Assembly (NCBI GenBank): GCA_947497175.1
Contig: CANMFM010000009.1
Coordinates: 36,348-100,347 of the forward strand
DNA: 64,000 nucleotides
Direction: 5' to 3'
Source: an uncultured Aquimarina sp.
GTDB lineage: Bacteria; Bacteroidota; Bacteroidia; Flavobacteriales; Flavobacteriaceae
Every line of letters begins with the position of its first letter. Position 1 is the stretch's first letter. The notes under the pieces were generated by a model that worked only from the letters and a program-made list of their open reading frames with translations, was not told where the DNA came from and did no database searches. Below are positions 10,917 to 21,736 of this stretch, piece by piece. The translations under genes were made by a program, and so were the position numbers.

Positions 10917-13496
10917 ATGAAAAAAGTACTACTATTTATGTTGGTGGTGTCGACTATTGGATATAGTCAGGTACCAACATATTATAATGATGTTAATCTT
11001 AATTTATCAGGAAATGCTCTTAAAAATGAATTAGGAGCAAAAGTGACAAATACCCACACTACGTTTCTTACTTATACACCTGGTGTTTGGGAAGCATTAA
11101 AACAAACCGATATAAATCCCGACAATCCTTCAGAAGTTATTTTGATTTATGGATATAATGATACCGATGGAAACTCTACTACAGACAGAACAAGAGGCAT
11201 AGAGAATAATGGAGGTGGGTCTACAGACTGGAACCGGGAGCATGTATATCCAAAATCACTGGGAACACCAAATTTGGGTACAGAAGGTCCTGGGGCCGAT
11301 GCGCATCATTTAAGACCCGCAGATGTGCAACGTAACTCATCAAGAGGAAATAGAAAGTTTGCGGATGGGTCAGGAAACTCTGGTGCAACAAATCAGGGAC
11401 ATTGGTATCCCGGAGACGAGTTTAAAGGAGATGTCGCCCGTATGATGATGTACATGTATATACGATATCCTAATCGCTGCTTACCCTCTAATGTAGGAGA
11501 AGGGGCGACAACCAGTAGTGATAATAATATGCTACAGGTGTTTCTTGAGTGGAATGCTGAAGATCCTGTATCACAACTGGAATTACAACGTAATCCCTTG
11601 TTAGAAAATATCCAGGGTAATAGAAACCCTTTTATTGATAATCCGGCTTTTGCTACGCAAATATGGGGTGGACCACAAGCCGAAGATAGATTTGGAAATA
11701 CAGGAGGGGGAGTAGATACAATGCCACCCAGCACTCCTACAAACCTTGTTGCAAGCAATACTACACAAACCACAACAACATTATCTTGGAATACTTCTAC
11801 AGATAATGTAGGAGTCACCGGATATTTTGTATATCAAAATGGAGGATTTATTGACTCTACAGTTTCTCCAGGTTATACGGTATCTGGATTAATGGCAAAT
11901 ACAAGTTATACTTTTTCTATAAAAGCTAAAGATGCAGCTGGAAATATATCTGCTGCCAGTACCTCAATTAACGTTACCACTCAGGATAATACTTCAGGTG
12001 GAGGAGGTGCTACAGAATTATTCTTTTCTGAGTATATAGAGGGCTCTTCAAATAATAAGGCTTTAGAAATAGCTAATTTTACAGGAACCTCAAGAAACCT
12101 TTCTGGTTATGTTATTAAAAAACAAACGAATGGATCGGGATCTTGGTCAGGGGGATTAAATCTTTCGGGAAGTATAGCAGATAATGATGTTTATGTTGCT
12201 GCTAATAGTTCAGCCTCTGCTACAATTAAAAATCAAGCCGATGTTTTATCATCTTCTACAGAAATGGTGTTTAATGGAAATGACGCGCTCGGATTATTTA
12301 AAAATGGAGTTTTAATTGATGTCATAGGAACATTTAATGGAGGTTCATCAAATTTTGCAAAAGATGTAACATTAAGAAGAAAACCTACCATTTCGACTCC
12401 TTCTACAACATATACTACATCCCAGTGGGATTCGTATCCACAAAATACCTTTAATAATTTGGGAGCGCATACGTTTAACGGAGGAGAAGGTAACACAGAT
12501 ACTACACCACCATCTGTACCGACAAATTTGATTGCATCTAATGTGAGTACAACTAGTGTGCGTCTCTCATGGACTGCGGCGAATGATAATACAGGAGTTT
12601 CTGGTTATAATGTATATCGCAATGGAGTGTTCTTAACTTCAGTAACAGAAACAAATTATAATGTAGTTTCTTTATCCCCTGGTACACAATATACTTTTGA
12701 AGTAAGCGCGTATGATGCTTCTCAAAATACATCTGGATTAAGTGACTTGGTTTCGGTATCAACACAAGATGTCGTTGTTTCGTATTGTGCTTCAAAAGGA
12801 AATACTACAAATTATGAGTTTATTGATTATGTTGAGATAGGTGGAATTTCTAATGCAACAGGGGCAAATGGCGGATATAGAGATTTTACATCTCAAATAG
12901 GAAATCTTTCTTACGGCACAAATACCATCATATTGAGCATCGGATTTGTGAGTTCTTCGTATACAGAGCATTGGGGAGTATGGATTGATTTTAATAAAAA
13001 TGGAACTTTTGAAACTTCTGAGAAAGTTGTAACCGGTTCTACATCAAACCCGGGTAACTTGTCGTACAATTTTTCTATTCCTTCAACAGTGCAAGCCGGT
13101 AATACGAGAATGAGGGTTTCTATGAAATGGAATGGAGCACCTGCTTCTTGTGAAACTTTTGGATACGGCGAAGTAGAGGACTATACGGTTACTATTGGAT
13201 CAGAAACAGTCAGAACAAAAAGGACTTCAGAAATAAGTATTGATGGTAAATTAGAGGAAGAAGGCAAAGTATTTACCGCAAATGTATATCCAAACCCGGC
13301 AACAAACTATATCAGTGTTGGTACAGCTGATAATCGAGAAGTGAAGTACAGATTAATCGATTTAAAAGGAAGTATCCTAAAGTTTGGAACGACAACAAGA
13401 AGTGACATTGCTGTGGACAATATGAAGCCAGGGATGTATATACTGGAAATTAATAATAATGGACGAATTATTTCAGAAAAGGTAATAATCGAATAA
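10917..13496 (+). CDS. T9SS-secreted multidomain nuclease: endonuclease I + FN3 + lamin-tail-like + FN3 + GEVED + Por C-terminal sorting domain
   Basis: Endonuclease I motifs NREHVYPKS, DAHHLRPAD and SSRGN. Two FN3 modules (PPSTPTNLVASN.., PPSVPTNLIASN..). LTD-like FSEYIEGSSNNKALEIANF. GYGEVEDYTV. C-terminal VYPNPATNYISV...GMYILEI. Confidence 0.8.
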   Translation: MKKVLLFMLVVSTIGYSQVPTYYNDVNLNLSGNALKNELGAKVTNTHTTFLTYTPGVWEALKQTDINPDNPSEVILIYGYNDTDGNSTTDRTRGIENNGGGSTDWNREHVYPKSLGTPNLGTEGPGADAHHLRPADVQRNSSRGNRKFADGSGNSGATNQGHWYPGDEFKGDVARMMMYMYIRYPNRCLPSNVGEGATTSSDNNMLQVFLEWNAEDPVSQLELQRNPLLENIQGNRNPFIDNPAFATQIWGGPQAEDRFGNTGGGVDTMPPSTPTNLVASNTTQTTTTLSWNTSTDNVGVTGYFVYQNGGFIDSTVSPGYTVSGLMANTSYTFSIKAKDAAGNISAASTSINVTTQDNTSGGGGATELFFSEYIEGSSNNKALEIANFTGTSRNLSGYVIKKQTNGSGSWSGGLNLSGSIADNDVYVAANSSASATIKNQADVLSSSTEMVFNGNDALGLFKNGVLIDVIGTFNGGSSNFAKDVTLRRKPTISTPSTTYTTSQWDSYPQNTFNNLGAHTFNGGEGNTDTTPPSVPTNLIASNVSTTSVRLSWTAANDNTGVSGYNVYRNGVFLTSVTETNYNVVSLSPGTQYTFEVSAYDASQNTSGLSDLVSVSTQDVVVSYCASKGNTTNYEFIDYVEIGGISNATGANGGYRDFTSQIGNLSYGTNTIILSIGFVSSSYTEHWGVWIDFNKNGTFETSEKVVTGSTSNPGNLSYNFSIPSTVQAGNTRMRVSMKWNGAPASCETFGYGEVEDYTVTIGSETVRTKRTSEISIDGKLEEEGKVFTANVYPNPATNYISVGTADNREVKYRLIDLKGSILKFGTTTRSDIAVDNMKPGMYILEINNNGRIISEKVIIE

Positions 13497-13520
13497 ACCT
13501 TGTTGTACTATGAAATGATG

Positions 13521-13553
13521 AAAAAACCCTGTAGTAATACAGGGTTTTTCATT
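13521..13553 (+). terminator. Rho-independent terminator after the nuclease gene
   Basis: Stem AAACCCTGTA/TACAGGGTTT followed by a T-run. Confidence 0.75.
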
Positions 13554-13652
13554 TTAAAATGAAATGATTCAAATATAGAGACTTATTTATATTTAATGTT
13601 TTTAATTGTAAATACTTATCTTGCAGAGGAATAACCAACACAAACCTCTTTT

Positions 13653-15614
13653 ATGTACAATATTAACCGGCTAAAAAGGCTTCTTGTAAAAGAAGGGCCA
13701 AAGACTCTATTCTTGCTTATTGTACTCGTTGGTATTCTCCCTGCGGTTGAAGATTTTTCACTTTTTGCTGTATTCGGTTTTTCAATATCCACATTTCATG
13801 TTCATGAAGAGTTTCGGTCATTATATACGATATCATTATACCTGATTCCTATAGGTTTAGCCTTGACCATGGGAGGCAAAAATTATTATCGTATTTTAGG
13901 ATTACTACCTACTTTTTTTTCAGCATATGTTTTTGTGATAGGAAACTCCGAAGAAGTGTCAATAGAGGAGTATCAAGCATTGATAGGAATTCTTCATTTT
14001 TTGTGTTATAAAATCGCATTTCTTTATTTCATTGTAAAAGGTAAACTACGCTCTGTACCTTTTTTCTTAACCCTAATATTAATCTGGATTTTACTCGATA
14101 TACAACACTTAGTATTGTTTTTAACATATACGGTACTTATTCGCTTCTTATTTCTTGCTTTCAAGCAAAATATTACCATTTTTAAAGAAACTGGGTTCAA
14201 AAAAACATGCACGTTGGCTTTAAAGTCATTTTTATACTGGTCACCACTGTTAATTTTTATCATTCCTGGCGCGATACTAAATAGTAAAATGAACAAAGCC
14301 TCTATTGATCAGCTCTATGATAACACATTTATAATGTCTACTAACGATAGCAGGAAGTATGAAAGAGATCAATTTGAGAAGGATCTTAAATTTTCTCTTG
14401 AAGCTGAAGTCATTTGTCTACATGAAGCTATAGAGAAAGGAAACAAAGAAATTGTGAGTATCGTTAATCGTAAAACTGATAGTATTCCTTCTCAGGTCGA
14501 TGCAATATTTAAAGGAATTTTTAAGCCAACATTGCCCAAAATGGCTCCAGTTTTTAAAGAGGAAGATTGCGGCTTTTGGGGGAAACTCAATTTTACTTGT
14601 CAGGCCAAAAATAGTGCAAAAAGAAGTGTCAACACATCTTATGTAAAACAACGTAATCGAATGAGGGAGCTTTTGGTTAATGAAGTTGATCAATCCGCCA
14701 AAGGTATTCAGGATGGAGTTGAAGGCTCGACAGATGGGATTAATGATCTAATGCAACAAGAGATTGATGCTATCATAGATAAGGTACAATTCACCATTCA
14801 ATCTACATTTGATACGCTACTGTTTATAAACCTCCTTCTAGACATAGCTTTTGGTTTTTTGATTCTTAAGAGTTTTTTATATGTATTCTCTAGAGTTGCC
14901 TTTTCTTCTGATGATGAAAACTATGTAACTTTATTAGAAGCAGATGATTATACTTCAGATGGATCACTTCATAATGCCGGAAATCAATATTCTATTGACC
15001 CTTCTTCTACCAAAGAAAACTATTTTATTTCTCGTTCTTTCGAGCCTAGTGGCAGAGCGCCAAAATTCTCATTACCTCAATGGAAATCAGCTTTTTTGGC
15101 TAGAATATTTACGCGTAACTATGCCATGAATAAGATAATTATGAAATCAAGACCCGAAGCAGTACATTTTAAAACTATGGGAAGTCATGAATTCGTAGAA
15201 TGGGATATCAAAGAAGGAGAAGAAGTCGTTTTTCACTTTAAAAATTTTGTAGGAATGAGCGCGGGTATAAAAATCTCGGCAATATTAAGCCTTAGACTAA
15301 CATCGCTTCTTTTTGGTCGTTTACTATTTACAACTGCAAAAGGACCAGGAAAATTGATTTTAATGACCAAAGGAGAACCTATTACAGCAGAACATACTAA
15401 TGCCAATGCTAGTGTAGCAACGAGTAGAATTTTGGCCTGGCAAAAAAATACACGCTTTAATGTAGAATCAGAACTTAACCTGATCGATGTATTTATGAGC
15501 GGTATTTACCTCAAAAAGAAAGAACATGATTTAATCCTAATAGATGCCGATATGAAAGGTCCTTCAAAAAACGGGATCGTACGGTTTATCAAGAATTTTA
15601 TTTTACCAATTTAA
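13653..15614 (+). CDS. Large polytopic membrane protein, unknown function
   Basis: 653 aa. The N-terminal ~220 aa hold about 6 TM helices, followed by a charged middle region, one more TM (LLFINLLLDIAFGFLILKSFLYVF) and a ~230-aa soluble C-terminal domain. That C-terminal domain is faintly AIM24-like by eye (AKGPGKLILMTKGEPIT). Confidence 0.6.
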   Translation: MYNINRLKRLLVKEGPKTLFLLIVLVGILPAVEDFSLFAVFGFSISTFHVHEEFRSLYTISLYLIPIGLALTMGGKNYYRILGLLPTFFSAYVFVIGNSEEVSIEEYQALIGILHFLCYKIAFLYFIVKGKLRSVPFFLTLILIWILLDIQHLVLFLTYTVLIRFLFLAFKQNITIFKETGFKKTCTLALKSFLYWSPLLIFIIPGAILNSKMNKASIDQLYDNTFIMSTNDSRKYERDQFEKDLKFSLEAEVICLHEAIEKGNKEIVSIVNRKTDSIPSQVDAIFKGIFKPTLPKMAPVFKEEDCGFWGKLNFTCQAKNSAKRSVNTSYVKQRNRMRELLVNEVDQSAKGIQDGVEGSTDGINDLMQQEIDAIIDKVQFTIQSTFDTLLFINLLLDIAFGFLILKSFLYVFSRVAFSSDDENYVTLLEADDYTSDGSLHNAGNQYSIDPSSTKENYFISRSFEPSGRAPKFSLPQWKSAFLARIFTRNYAMNKIIMKSRPEAVHFKTMGSHEFVEWDIKEGEEVVFHFKNFVGMSAGIKISAILSLRLTSLLFGRLLFTTAKGPGKLILMTKGEPITAEHTNANASVATSRILAWQKNTRFNVESELNLIDVFMSGIYLKKKEHDLILIDADMKGPSKNGIVRFIKNFILPI

Positions 15615-15651
15615 AAATGAATACATATTATTTTTATAATGAGTGTTTGTC

Positions 15652-16110
15652 TTATGATTTGTTCACAACATACAACAAATGACTACCGGCATCTGCAGAA
15701 GTATCCAGCATAACCGCAATGGTGCTTTTTTTAGTATCAAAAATATGAAGTGCTTTATTTTCTCCTTGTTTCTCAGATTTTATTTTTGAGTAGTCTGTCA
15801 TAAAACGAGATAATAAGCGCAATACATAGTTTTGATCGTTGGTTAAGTAAGTGACCTGCTTTGAGTTTTTATTGATGCGCACACCATAATAAAAACCATC
15901 AGTTTTTTTCCAATTGTAGAATATATACTTTTTATTTTCTTCGGTATCTTTTATAAAATCCTTTGTTTGTAAAAAATCACGTAACCCTTTCATATCATTA
16001 GAACTAGAAAAATTTGTCAATACAGCGCATTCCTGTTCGTTTAGATATTGTCCAAAAATTGGTTTAGAGGTTACAATAAGTAGAAGACTAATAATTAATG
16101 AATACTTCAT
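15652..16110 (-). CDS. Secreted protein, unknown function
   Basis: Signal peptide MKYSLIISLLLIVTSKPIFGQ. 152 aa. Confidence 0.55.
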   Translation of the reverse strand: MKYSLIISLLLIVTSKPIFGQYLNEQECAVLTNFSSSNDMKGLRDFLQTKDFIKDTEENKKYIFYNWKKTDGFYYGVRINKNSKQVTYLTNDQNYVLRLLSRFMTDYSKIKSEKQGENKALHIFDTKKSTIAVMLDTSADAGSHLLYVVNKS

Positions 16111-16225
16111 GTTTTTTTATGGTATTTGATCAAGGTCTTATTTAACAAGTAATAGTATCACTACTATCAGAAACGAATTTTTTACCTTTATATTTTTTGA
16201 ATGTGATTCTTTCAGATTATGGTTT

Positions 16226-17143
16226 TTATTCAATAGGAATACAAAAGTCAACAATACATTTCTTTTCTGGATGTTCATTGAAATTATTATGATAGATCTC
16301 AAAAGGATTTTTATTCGCTTTTTTATATCCATTTTCGTTCATCCATACAAATAATCCAGTCCAGGATTTTTCAAATTCATCCATTCTGATTTCATAACGA
16401 CTTATAATACATTTTCCTTGCTCTATTGCAGTCAAAGCTATTTCACCTTCTGTTTCAACGGGTTTATTTAGTATAATACAAGCACTAGTTCTTACTTTAT
16501 CCGCTTCTGTTATTTTGAAGCTGTCGTGATAAATTGTAACCATTTTAGCTTGTTTATCAACTAATCCTTTTGGTGTAGCCCATCGAATTAATTTTTGATA
16601 CGCAATTTCAATATTTTGTGCACCGATGCTTGAGACATAAGCCAAACTCATTTTTGGCATTTCTTTTATTTCAATTTTTGCATTCATTTTTGTCCAATTT
16701 TTAAGATTATTCATGATGCAAATATATTCTTCCCTGTTTGGATACTCTTTACCATTCTTGCTTTGAAGTTGACATATCTTGCTAAACTTATTTGGATGTT
16801 GTTTTCTAAATTCTATAGGGCTTACCCCGTAGTATTTTTTAAATGCTCTTGTAAACGATGAATTGTTATTGAACCCATAGGCAATAGAAATTTCGGATAT
16901 TTTAAGAGTGGTATGCAATAGATTAGAAGCCGACTTTTCAATTCTTTGTCTTGTTATATATTCATTTAAGGTTTCTGAGTGAATATATTTGAATATTCTA
17001 TGAAAATGAAATGGAGAAAAACAGGCAATCTCTGAAATTGTATTCAATGATAGAGAAGCATCCAGATTTGTATCAATATATTGATAAACGTTATTCATCC
17101 TAATTTTGTAATCAGCTAGAATTTTCTCTTCTACCATTGTCAT
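16226..17143 (-). CDS. AraC-family transcriptional regulator with C-terminal GyrI-like effector-binding domain
   Basis: N-terminal HTH_18-type region (FSPFHFHRIFK..., SSFTRAFKKYYGVSP) and a C-terminal GyrI-like half. Confidence 0.8.
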   Translation of the reverse strand: MTMVEEKILADYKIRMNNVYQYIDTNLDASLSLNTISEIACFSPFHFHRIFKYIHSETLNEYITRQRIEKSASNLLHTTLKISEISIAYGFNNNSSFTRAFKKYYGVSPIEFRKQHPNKFSKICQLQSKNGKEYPNREEYICIMNNLKNWTKMNAKIEIKEMPKMSLAYVSSIGAQNIEIAYQKLIRWATPKGLVDKQAKMVTIYHDSFKITEADKVRTSACIILNKPVETEGEIALTAIEQGKCIISRYEIRMDEFEKSWTGLFVWMNENGYKKANKNPFEIYHNNFNEHPEKKCIVDFCIPIE

Positions 17144-17584
17144 TTTTCCAATTTAAAATATTGGTAAATATAGCAAACATTGTCTTTGTCAGGGGGTGTT
17201 ACCAGATAATAATCTTCGTTTCTAAGTAGTTTTTTTAATGGGAAGAAGTTCCTTGTAGGTCAAACATCTCCAAACCCATTCTAAAGGACCAAACCGAAAA
17301 TAAGTTAACCAATTTTACTTAATAATACTTGGACTATAAACACTAAGATTGCTGTTAATAGTGTTTCTGATGGGCTTCTTTAAATTTTTGAAGAGTATCA
17401 GTAAGTATACGTTTTTACCAAACTCTAAATAAGAAATAACCGATTTATTCTTAATAAGAATGCAAAATGCTATTTTTGCTATTCTTATTTTCGAAATTGT
17501 AGCAACGATATCTTTTTAAGTGCTGTACTATTTGATATGTGGTTGAGCAATATGGAATGCAAAAATATAATATTTTTAAAGTAA

Positions 17585-19486
17585 GTGAGTAAGATTATTA
17601 GCTATCGCCCCGATATTGATGGTTTAAGAGCAGTTTCGGTGTTTCTTGTGATTCTTTTTCATGTCGATCTTTCATTATGTAGTGGTGGATATGTTGGTGT
17701 CGATGTATTCTTTGTGATTTCAGGCTATCTGATTACTAGTTCAATAAACAAGCAAATTCATAATGCTACATTTTCGTTCAAAGAATTTTATTTAAGAAGA
17801 ATACGAAGAATTATTCCTGTTCTGGTTTTTGTCTTAGTCTCGATCACTATTCCTGCCTATTTGTTTTTATTTCCGAATGATTTTGAAAGTTATTCTCGTA
17901 CGGTTTTACATACTATGTTGAGCACTAATAATTTTTATTTGTGGTCTGCCAGTACTGATTATTTTGCCGAGAATACCGAGTTAATGCCTTTATTGCATAC
18001 ATGGTCCTTATCGGTTGAAGAACAATTTTATTTTGTTTGGCCCATCGTTTTAGTACTCCTTCATCGGTTTCTCAACCTCAAAAATAGGGTATATGTAATT
18101 GCCGTTTTTTTGATGAGTACACTGCTATTATCCATTTATTTGACAGCAGAAGATAAATCGATGGCTTATTTTTTATTACCGGCCCGATTTTTTGAAGTTT
18201 TAATGGGCGCACTTTTAGCTATAGTGTGGGATAAAATTCCAAAACTTTCAAAATCCTCAAATCATACCCTTTCCGTTTTAGGGATTTTACTGGTTTTTAT
18301 ACCTTCTATACTGTTAACCGAAGAAAGTGTTTTTCCGGGGTTGAACGCTTTTTGGCCATGTCTGGGTGCAGTATTCCTAATTTTGTCAGGTAAAGAAGAA
18401 AGATCAAAAGGTATTATTAATCGTATATTAGAGTTGCGTAGTATCGTATTTTTAGGTTTATTATCGTATTCTATGTATTTATGGCATTGGCCCATAATAG
18501 TATTTATAAAATATTTAGGCTTTGAGCTCACATTACCGCTCATTATGATAATTATTACAGCTACAATTCTAGTCTCATATTTTTCATGGAAATTTGTCGA
18601 ACAGCCATTTAGACGTGTATTTAAATTTACATTTTCAAAAACAATATACATTATCTTTTTACCAAGTTTGTTGGTTACTGGTTTGATTTATGGAATAATT
18701 GATAGTAACGATGGGTTTCCTAATCGTTTTCCTAATTTGGTAGAATTTAATAGAAAATCAAATTTTCCGGATGAGGTAAGGTCTGATTGTTACAATACGC
18801 ATAGCATTGGTAGTAGTACACCGTGTGCTGTTGGAGTGGTTAAAAATGAAGTTGACGGTATTTTGATAGGGGACTCGTTTGCGAATCACTCGACCTATTT
18901 TGTTGACGTATTGGCTAAAGATGCAAACCTATTTTTTGATGTTAGTGCGGCGGCTGGTTATCCATTATTGCGTAATTTGGATTTTCCTGATAGCTCTGGT
19001 GATGATTATGGAAAGAAAAGATTCGAATATGCTAAACATATGGATATTATTTGCATTGCAGCATTTTGGGAAGCTATAAGAGTTGATTCAGAAAATTATT
19101 ATCAAATACTCAAATCTATAAAAGAGCTAGTAGCTTTGAAGAAAAATGTAGTGATCATTGATCACTTACGGATGACAACCGAAGCAAATGTACATAAAAT
19201 GAAGTTGTACAAAACCAATTTAGGGGCTGATTTTGTAAAAAAAGATTTATTAGTTCCACGTTATGAACGTCCGGAAAAATATATTGTAAATGAAATCAAA
19301 AAAAGATTTCCGTCAGTAATAATAATTGATTTAAATGATGTGATGTGTGATGAAGAAGTATGTGATTACATGATAAATAATCAAATTGTGTATCGTGATT
19401 TTTATCATTTAAATATAAGTGGAGCAAGGTTGATCGCAAAAAAATATCTTGAGAAGAAAGGTAATCCTTTACGATTTCTAAAATAA
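17585..19486 (+). CDS. Acyltransferase family 3 (OafA-like) membrane protein with C-terminal SGNH-like domain
   Basis: GTG start. YRPDIDGLRAVSVFLVILFH motif, about 10 TM helices and a ~250-aa extracytoplasmic C-terminal domain. Confidence 0.85.
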   Translation: MSKIISYRPDIDGLRAVSVFLVILFHVDLSLCSGGYVGVDVFFVISGYLITSSINKQIHNATFSFKEFYLRRIRRIIPVLVFVLVSITIPAYLFLFPNDFESYSRTVLHTMLSTNNFYLWSASTDYFAENTELMPLLHTWSLSVEEQFYFVWPIVLVLLHRFLNLKNRVYVIAVFLMSTLLLSIYLTAEDKSMAYFLLPARFFEVLMGALLAIVWDKIPKLSKSSNHTLSVLGILLVFIPSILLTEESVFPGLNAFWPCLGAVFLILSGKEERSKGIINRILELRSIVFLGLLSYSMYLWHWPIIVFIKYLGFELTLPLIMIIITATILVSYFSWKFVEQPFRRVFKFTFSKTIYIIFLPSLLVTGLIYGIIDSNDGFPNRFPNLVEFNRKSNFPDEVRSDCYNTHSIGSSTPCAVGVVKNEVDGILIGDSFANHSTYFVDVLAKDANLFFDVSAAAGYPLLRNLDFPDSSGDDYGKKRFEYAKHMDIICIAAFWEAIRVDSENYYQILKSIKELVALKKNVVIIDHLRMTTEANVHKMKLYKTNLGADFVKKDLLVPRYERPEKYIVNEIKKRFPSVIIIDLNDVMCDEEVCDYMINNQIVYRDFYHLNISGARLIAKKYLEKKGNPLRFLK

Positions 19487-19743
19487 CCACGCCCGAAGGC
19501 TTTATAAACCGTCTCTACGCTTAACTCTATTATGGAAATATAGGCTATAAATCAAAATGAATTACCAGCTTCTTAAAGTTCCATTTGTAGGATACTTCAT
19601 TCTATTTTTAACACTAGAATCATCTCTATGATTTCATAATTTTTACAGATGTGTTTACGAAATAATCAACCAATATAAAAGTAATTAATTTTATTAAATT
19701 AGGCCGAGGGTAGTAGACTATTGACTTTATTGACAGGAGTTAT

Positions 19744-20169
19744 TTACACCATAAAATAACTGACTAGTGAGTCATAATTTAGAGTCAAATATAATAGGGT
19801 TGCCATATTTGCATAAATTAATATAGGGATAAGCCAAACTAAGAAAACGAAAGTTCCTCCATGTAAAAAGACAATTAGTAAGGGTAGGAGTAGTCCGATA
19901 TATAAGTCAATTACGATTTGACGTCCCCAAAGCATTTTATGTACACCAATAAGCGTCTTAAAAAAATTTTCCTTAGAACTTGCATAAATTGAGTACGTTA
20001 AGAAACAAAAGAAGATTACCCAGCTCATATATTTTCCAATGGCAAACGGACTTTGACTAGCAAAAATAAACGTATCTTCTCTTGAGCAAATTGCAAAAAA
20101 TGCAAAGCCAAAAAACAGAATCCACAAAACATTCTGTTTCAGAAATCGGGTAGTGTTTTTTCTTTTCAT
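19744..20169 (-). CDS. Small membrane protein (about 4 TM), unknown function
   Basis: 141 aa, hydrophobic throughout. Confidence 0.5.
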   Translation of the reverse strand: MKRKNTTRFLKQNVLWILFFGFAFFAICSREDTFIFASQSPFAIGKYMSWVIFFCFLTYSIYASSKENFFKTLIGVHKMLWGRQIVIDLYIGLLLPLLIVFLHGGTFVFLVWLIPILIYANMATLLYLTLNYDSLVSYFMV

Positions 20170-20294
20170 TTTATAGAATTATATAGGAATAGGAGCGTGG
20201 GTATGTGGGGTTAAACGAATTGATTAATTTGCTCGTTTTTTCTCTATGCTATCTCCAAACTGATCTACATTTTTTTTGTTCTGATCGATGCTCG

Positions 20295-20918
20295 TTATTT
20301 TTTTCGTCCAATAAATCGTATAACAGCGCCTTTTCCATTATGATAAAGCCCTTCATTTAATTCAATTTCTTCTTCGGCCAATAATAGAATTTCGTAATTC
20401 TCAAAATCTGATTTGAGTTCATCAATTGAAAATAGCGAACTTAAGTCTGAAGGTCCTCCAATTTTGGGATTATCGTTTCGATATTTAAGATGGTTTTTAC
20501 TAAAGGCCTCGAATACTATAATCCCGCCTTCTTTCAATTTTTTACTTAGTAATTTGTGGTATTTGGATTTGATACTAGATGGGAAATGAGCATAAATAAG
20601 GGCTATTGCATCAAATTCTTCATTTTCATACTTCAATTCAGGTAATTGTCCGATTTGATAGTCGATTGAGACCTTATTTTCTTTTGCAAGTTCGAGTGCC
20701 TTGTTTTTTCCTTCAATACTTATATCAAATGCAGATGTAGTCCAACCCATTTTTGCGGCATAAACCGCATTTCTGCCTTCACCCTCGGCTCCAAAAAGAA
20801 TTTTTCCAGTTTTAAATTTTTGGATTTGTTCTTCAAGAAATTTGTTGGGTTGGATTCCATAGGCAAATTCCTTTTGCCGATACCTATCATCCCATCTTTT
20901 TAACCAAATGTCCGTCAT
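20295..20918 (-). CDS. Class I SAM-dependent methyltransferase
   Basis: Motif I-like [19 protein letters not shown]. 207 aa. Overlaps the upstream gene by 32 nt. Confidence 0.75.
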   Translation of the reverse strand: MTDIWLKRWDDRYRQKEFAYGIQPNKFLEEQIQKFKTGKILFGAEGEGRNAVYAAKMGWTTSAFDISIEGKNKALELAKENKVSIDYQIGQLPELKYENEEFDAIALIYAHFPSSIKSKYHKLLSKKLKEGGIIVFEAFSKNHLKYRNDNPKIGGPSDLSSLFSIDELKSDFENYEILLLAEEEIELNEGLYHNGKGAVIRFIGRKK

Positions 20919-21690
20919 TTTTTAATTCCTTATTTTTAAGTAGTGGATACATTTTGTTATCTACGGTTTTTCTTATTTTATCTACATTAGCATTCATTAA
21001 ATATCGTACAAAATTTTGATACATCCATTTTTTTAAAAAATTTAATTTTTGTTGATGCTTGCTATAAAATTCATCAGGTGTATCAAATAATCCAAAGTCC
21101 TGATTAATTCCTTTATCCTGAATATATGTATGGTTCATCTCCCATTCGATTTCTGGTTTCTGGAAATTATCTGTGTATGCTCCATACCCACAAAACGTTG
21201 TTTTACAATTCGAAAACTTTTTTTGTAAAGCGGTTAGATATGGCATGTCGAGTATCAACCCTTCCAGGTTAAACCACTTTCCATGCACGTATACTTCAAC
21301 CCAACTATGAAGAATGTTTTTGGGTGCTATCATATACCAAATACCGGTAATTGCTCCTTTTTGCAGGGCTTTGTGAATTGTAAAACCGTGTATTCTGTTA
21401 GGTATTCCAACTGCTCTTAAGAGAGCCATAAAAAGATTGGCTTTGGTATTGCACTGACCAAATCCATCATCCAGTACCTGAGAAGCAGATATACTGTCGT
21501 CAATATTATACCCAAATTTTATATCATCTCTCACATAGTTGTATACGTTTTTTATCTTCTTGGTATCTGTTAATTTGTTCCAGCCTTTTTCCTGGATTAA
21601 ATCTTTTATAGTGGGCGCATCGTAATCTAAGATCTTCGTGCTTTTAAGATAATTTTTGAAATCCACTGAATTTTTGAGTTGCTGTATCAT
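20887..21690 (-). CDS. Transglutaminase-like cysteine protease superfamily protein
   Basis: [22 protein letters not shown] ... HSWVEVY arrangement, consistent with a Cys/His core. Confidence 0.75.
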   Translation of the reverse strand: MIQQLKNSVDFKNYLKSTKILDYDAPTIKDLIQEKGWNKLTDTKKIKNVYNYVRDDIKFGYNIDDSISASQVLDDGFGQCNTKANLFMALLRAVGIPNRIHGFTIHKALQKGAITGIWYMIAPKNILHSWVEVYVHGKWFNLEGLILDMPYLTALQKKFSNCKTTFCGYGAYTDNFQKPEIEWEMNHTYIQDKGINQDFGLFDTPDEFYSKHQQKLNFLKKWMYQNFVRYLMNANVDKIRKTVDNKMYPLLKNKELKNDGHLVKKMG

Positions 21691-21736
21691 AATAAGTGAT
21701 TCTTTATTGATAACAAAGTTCAGAAGGTAAGAACAC

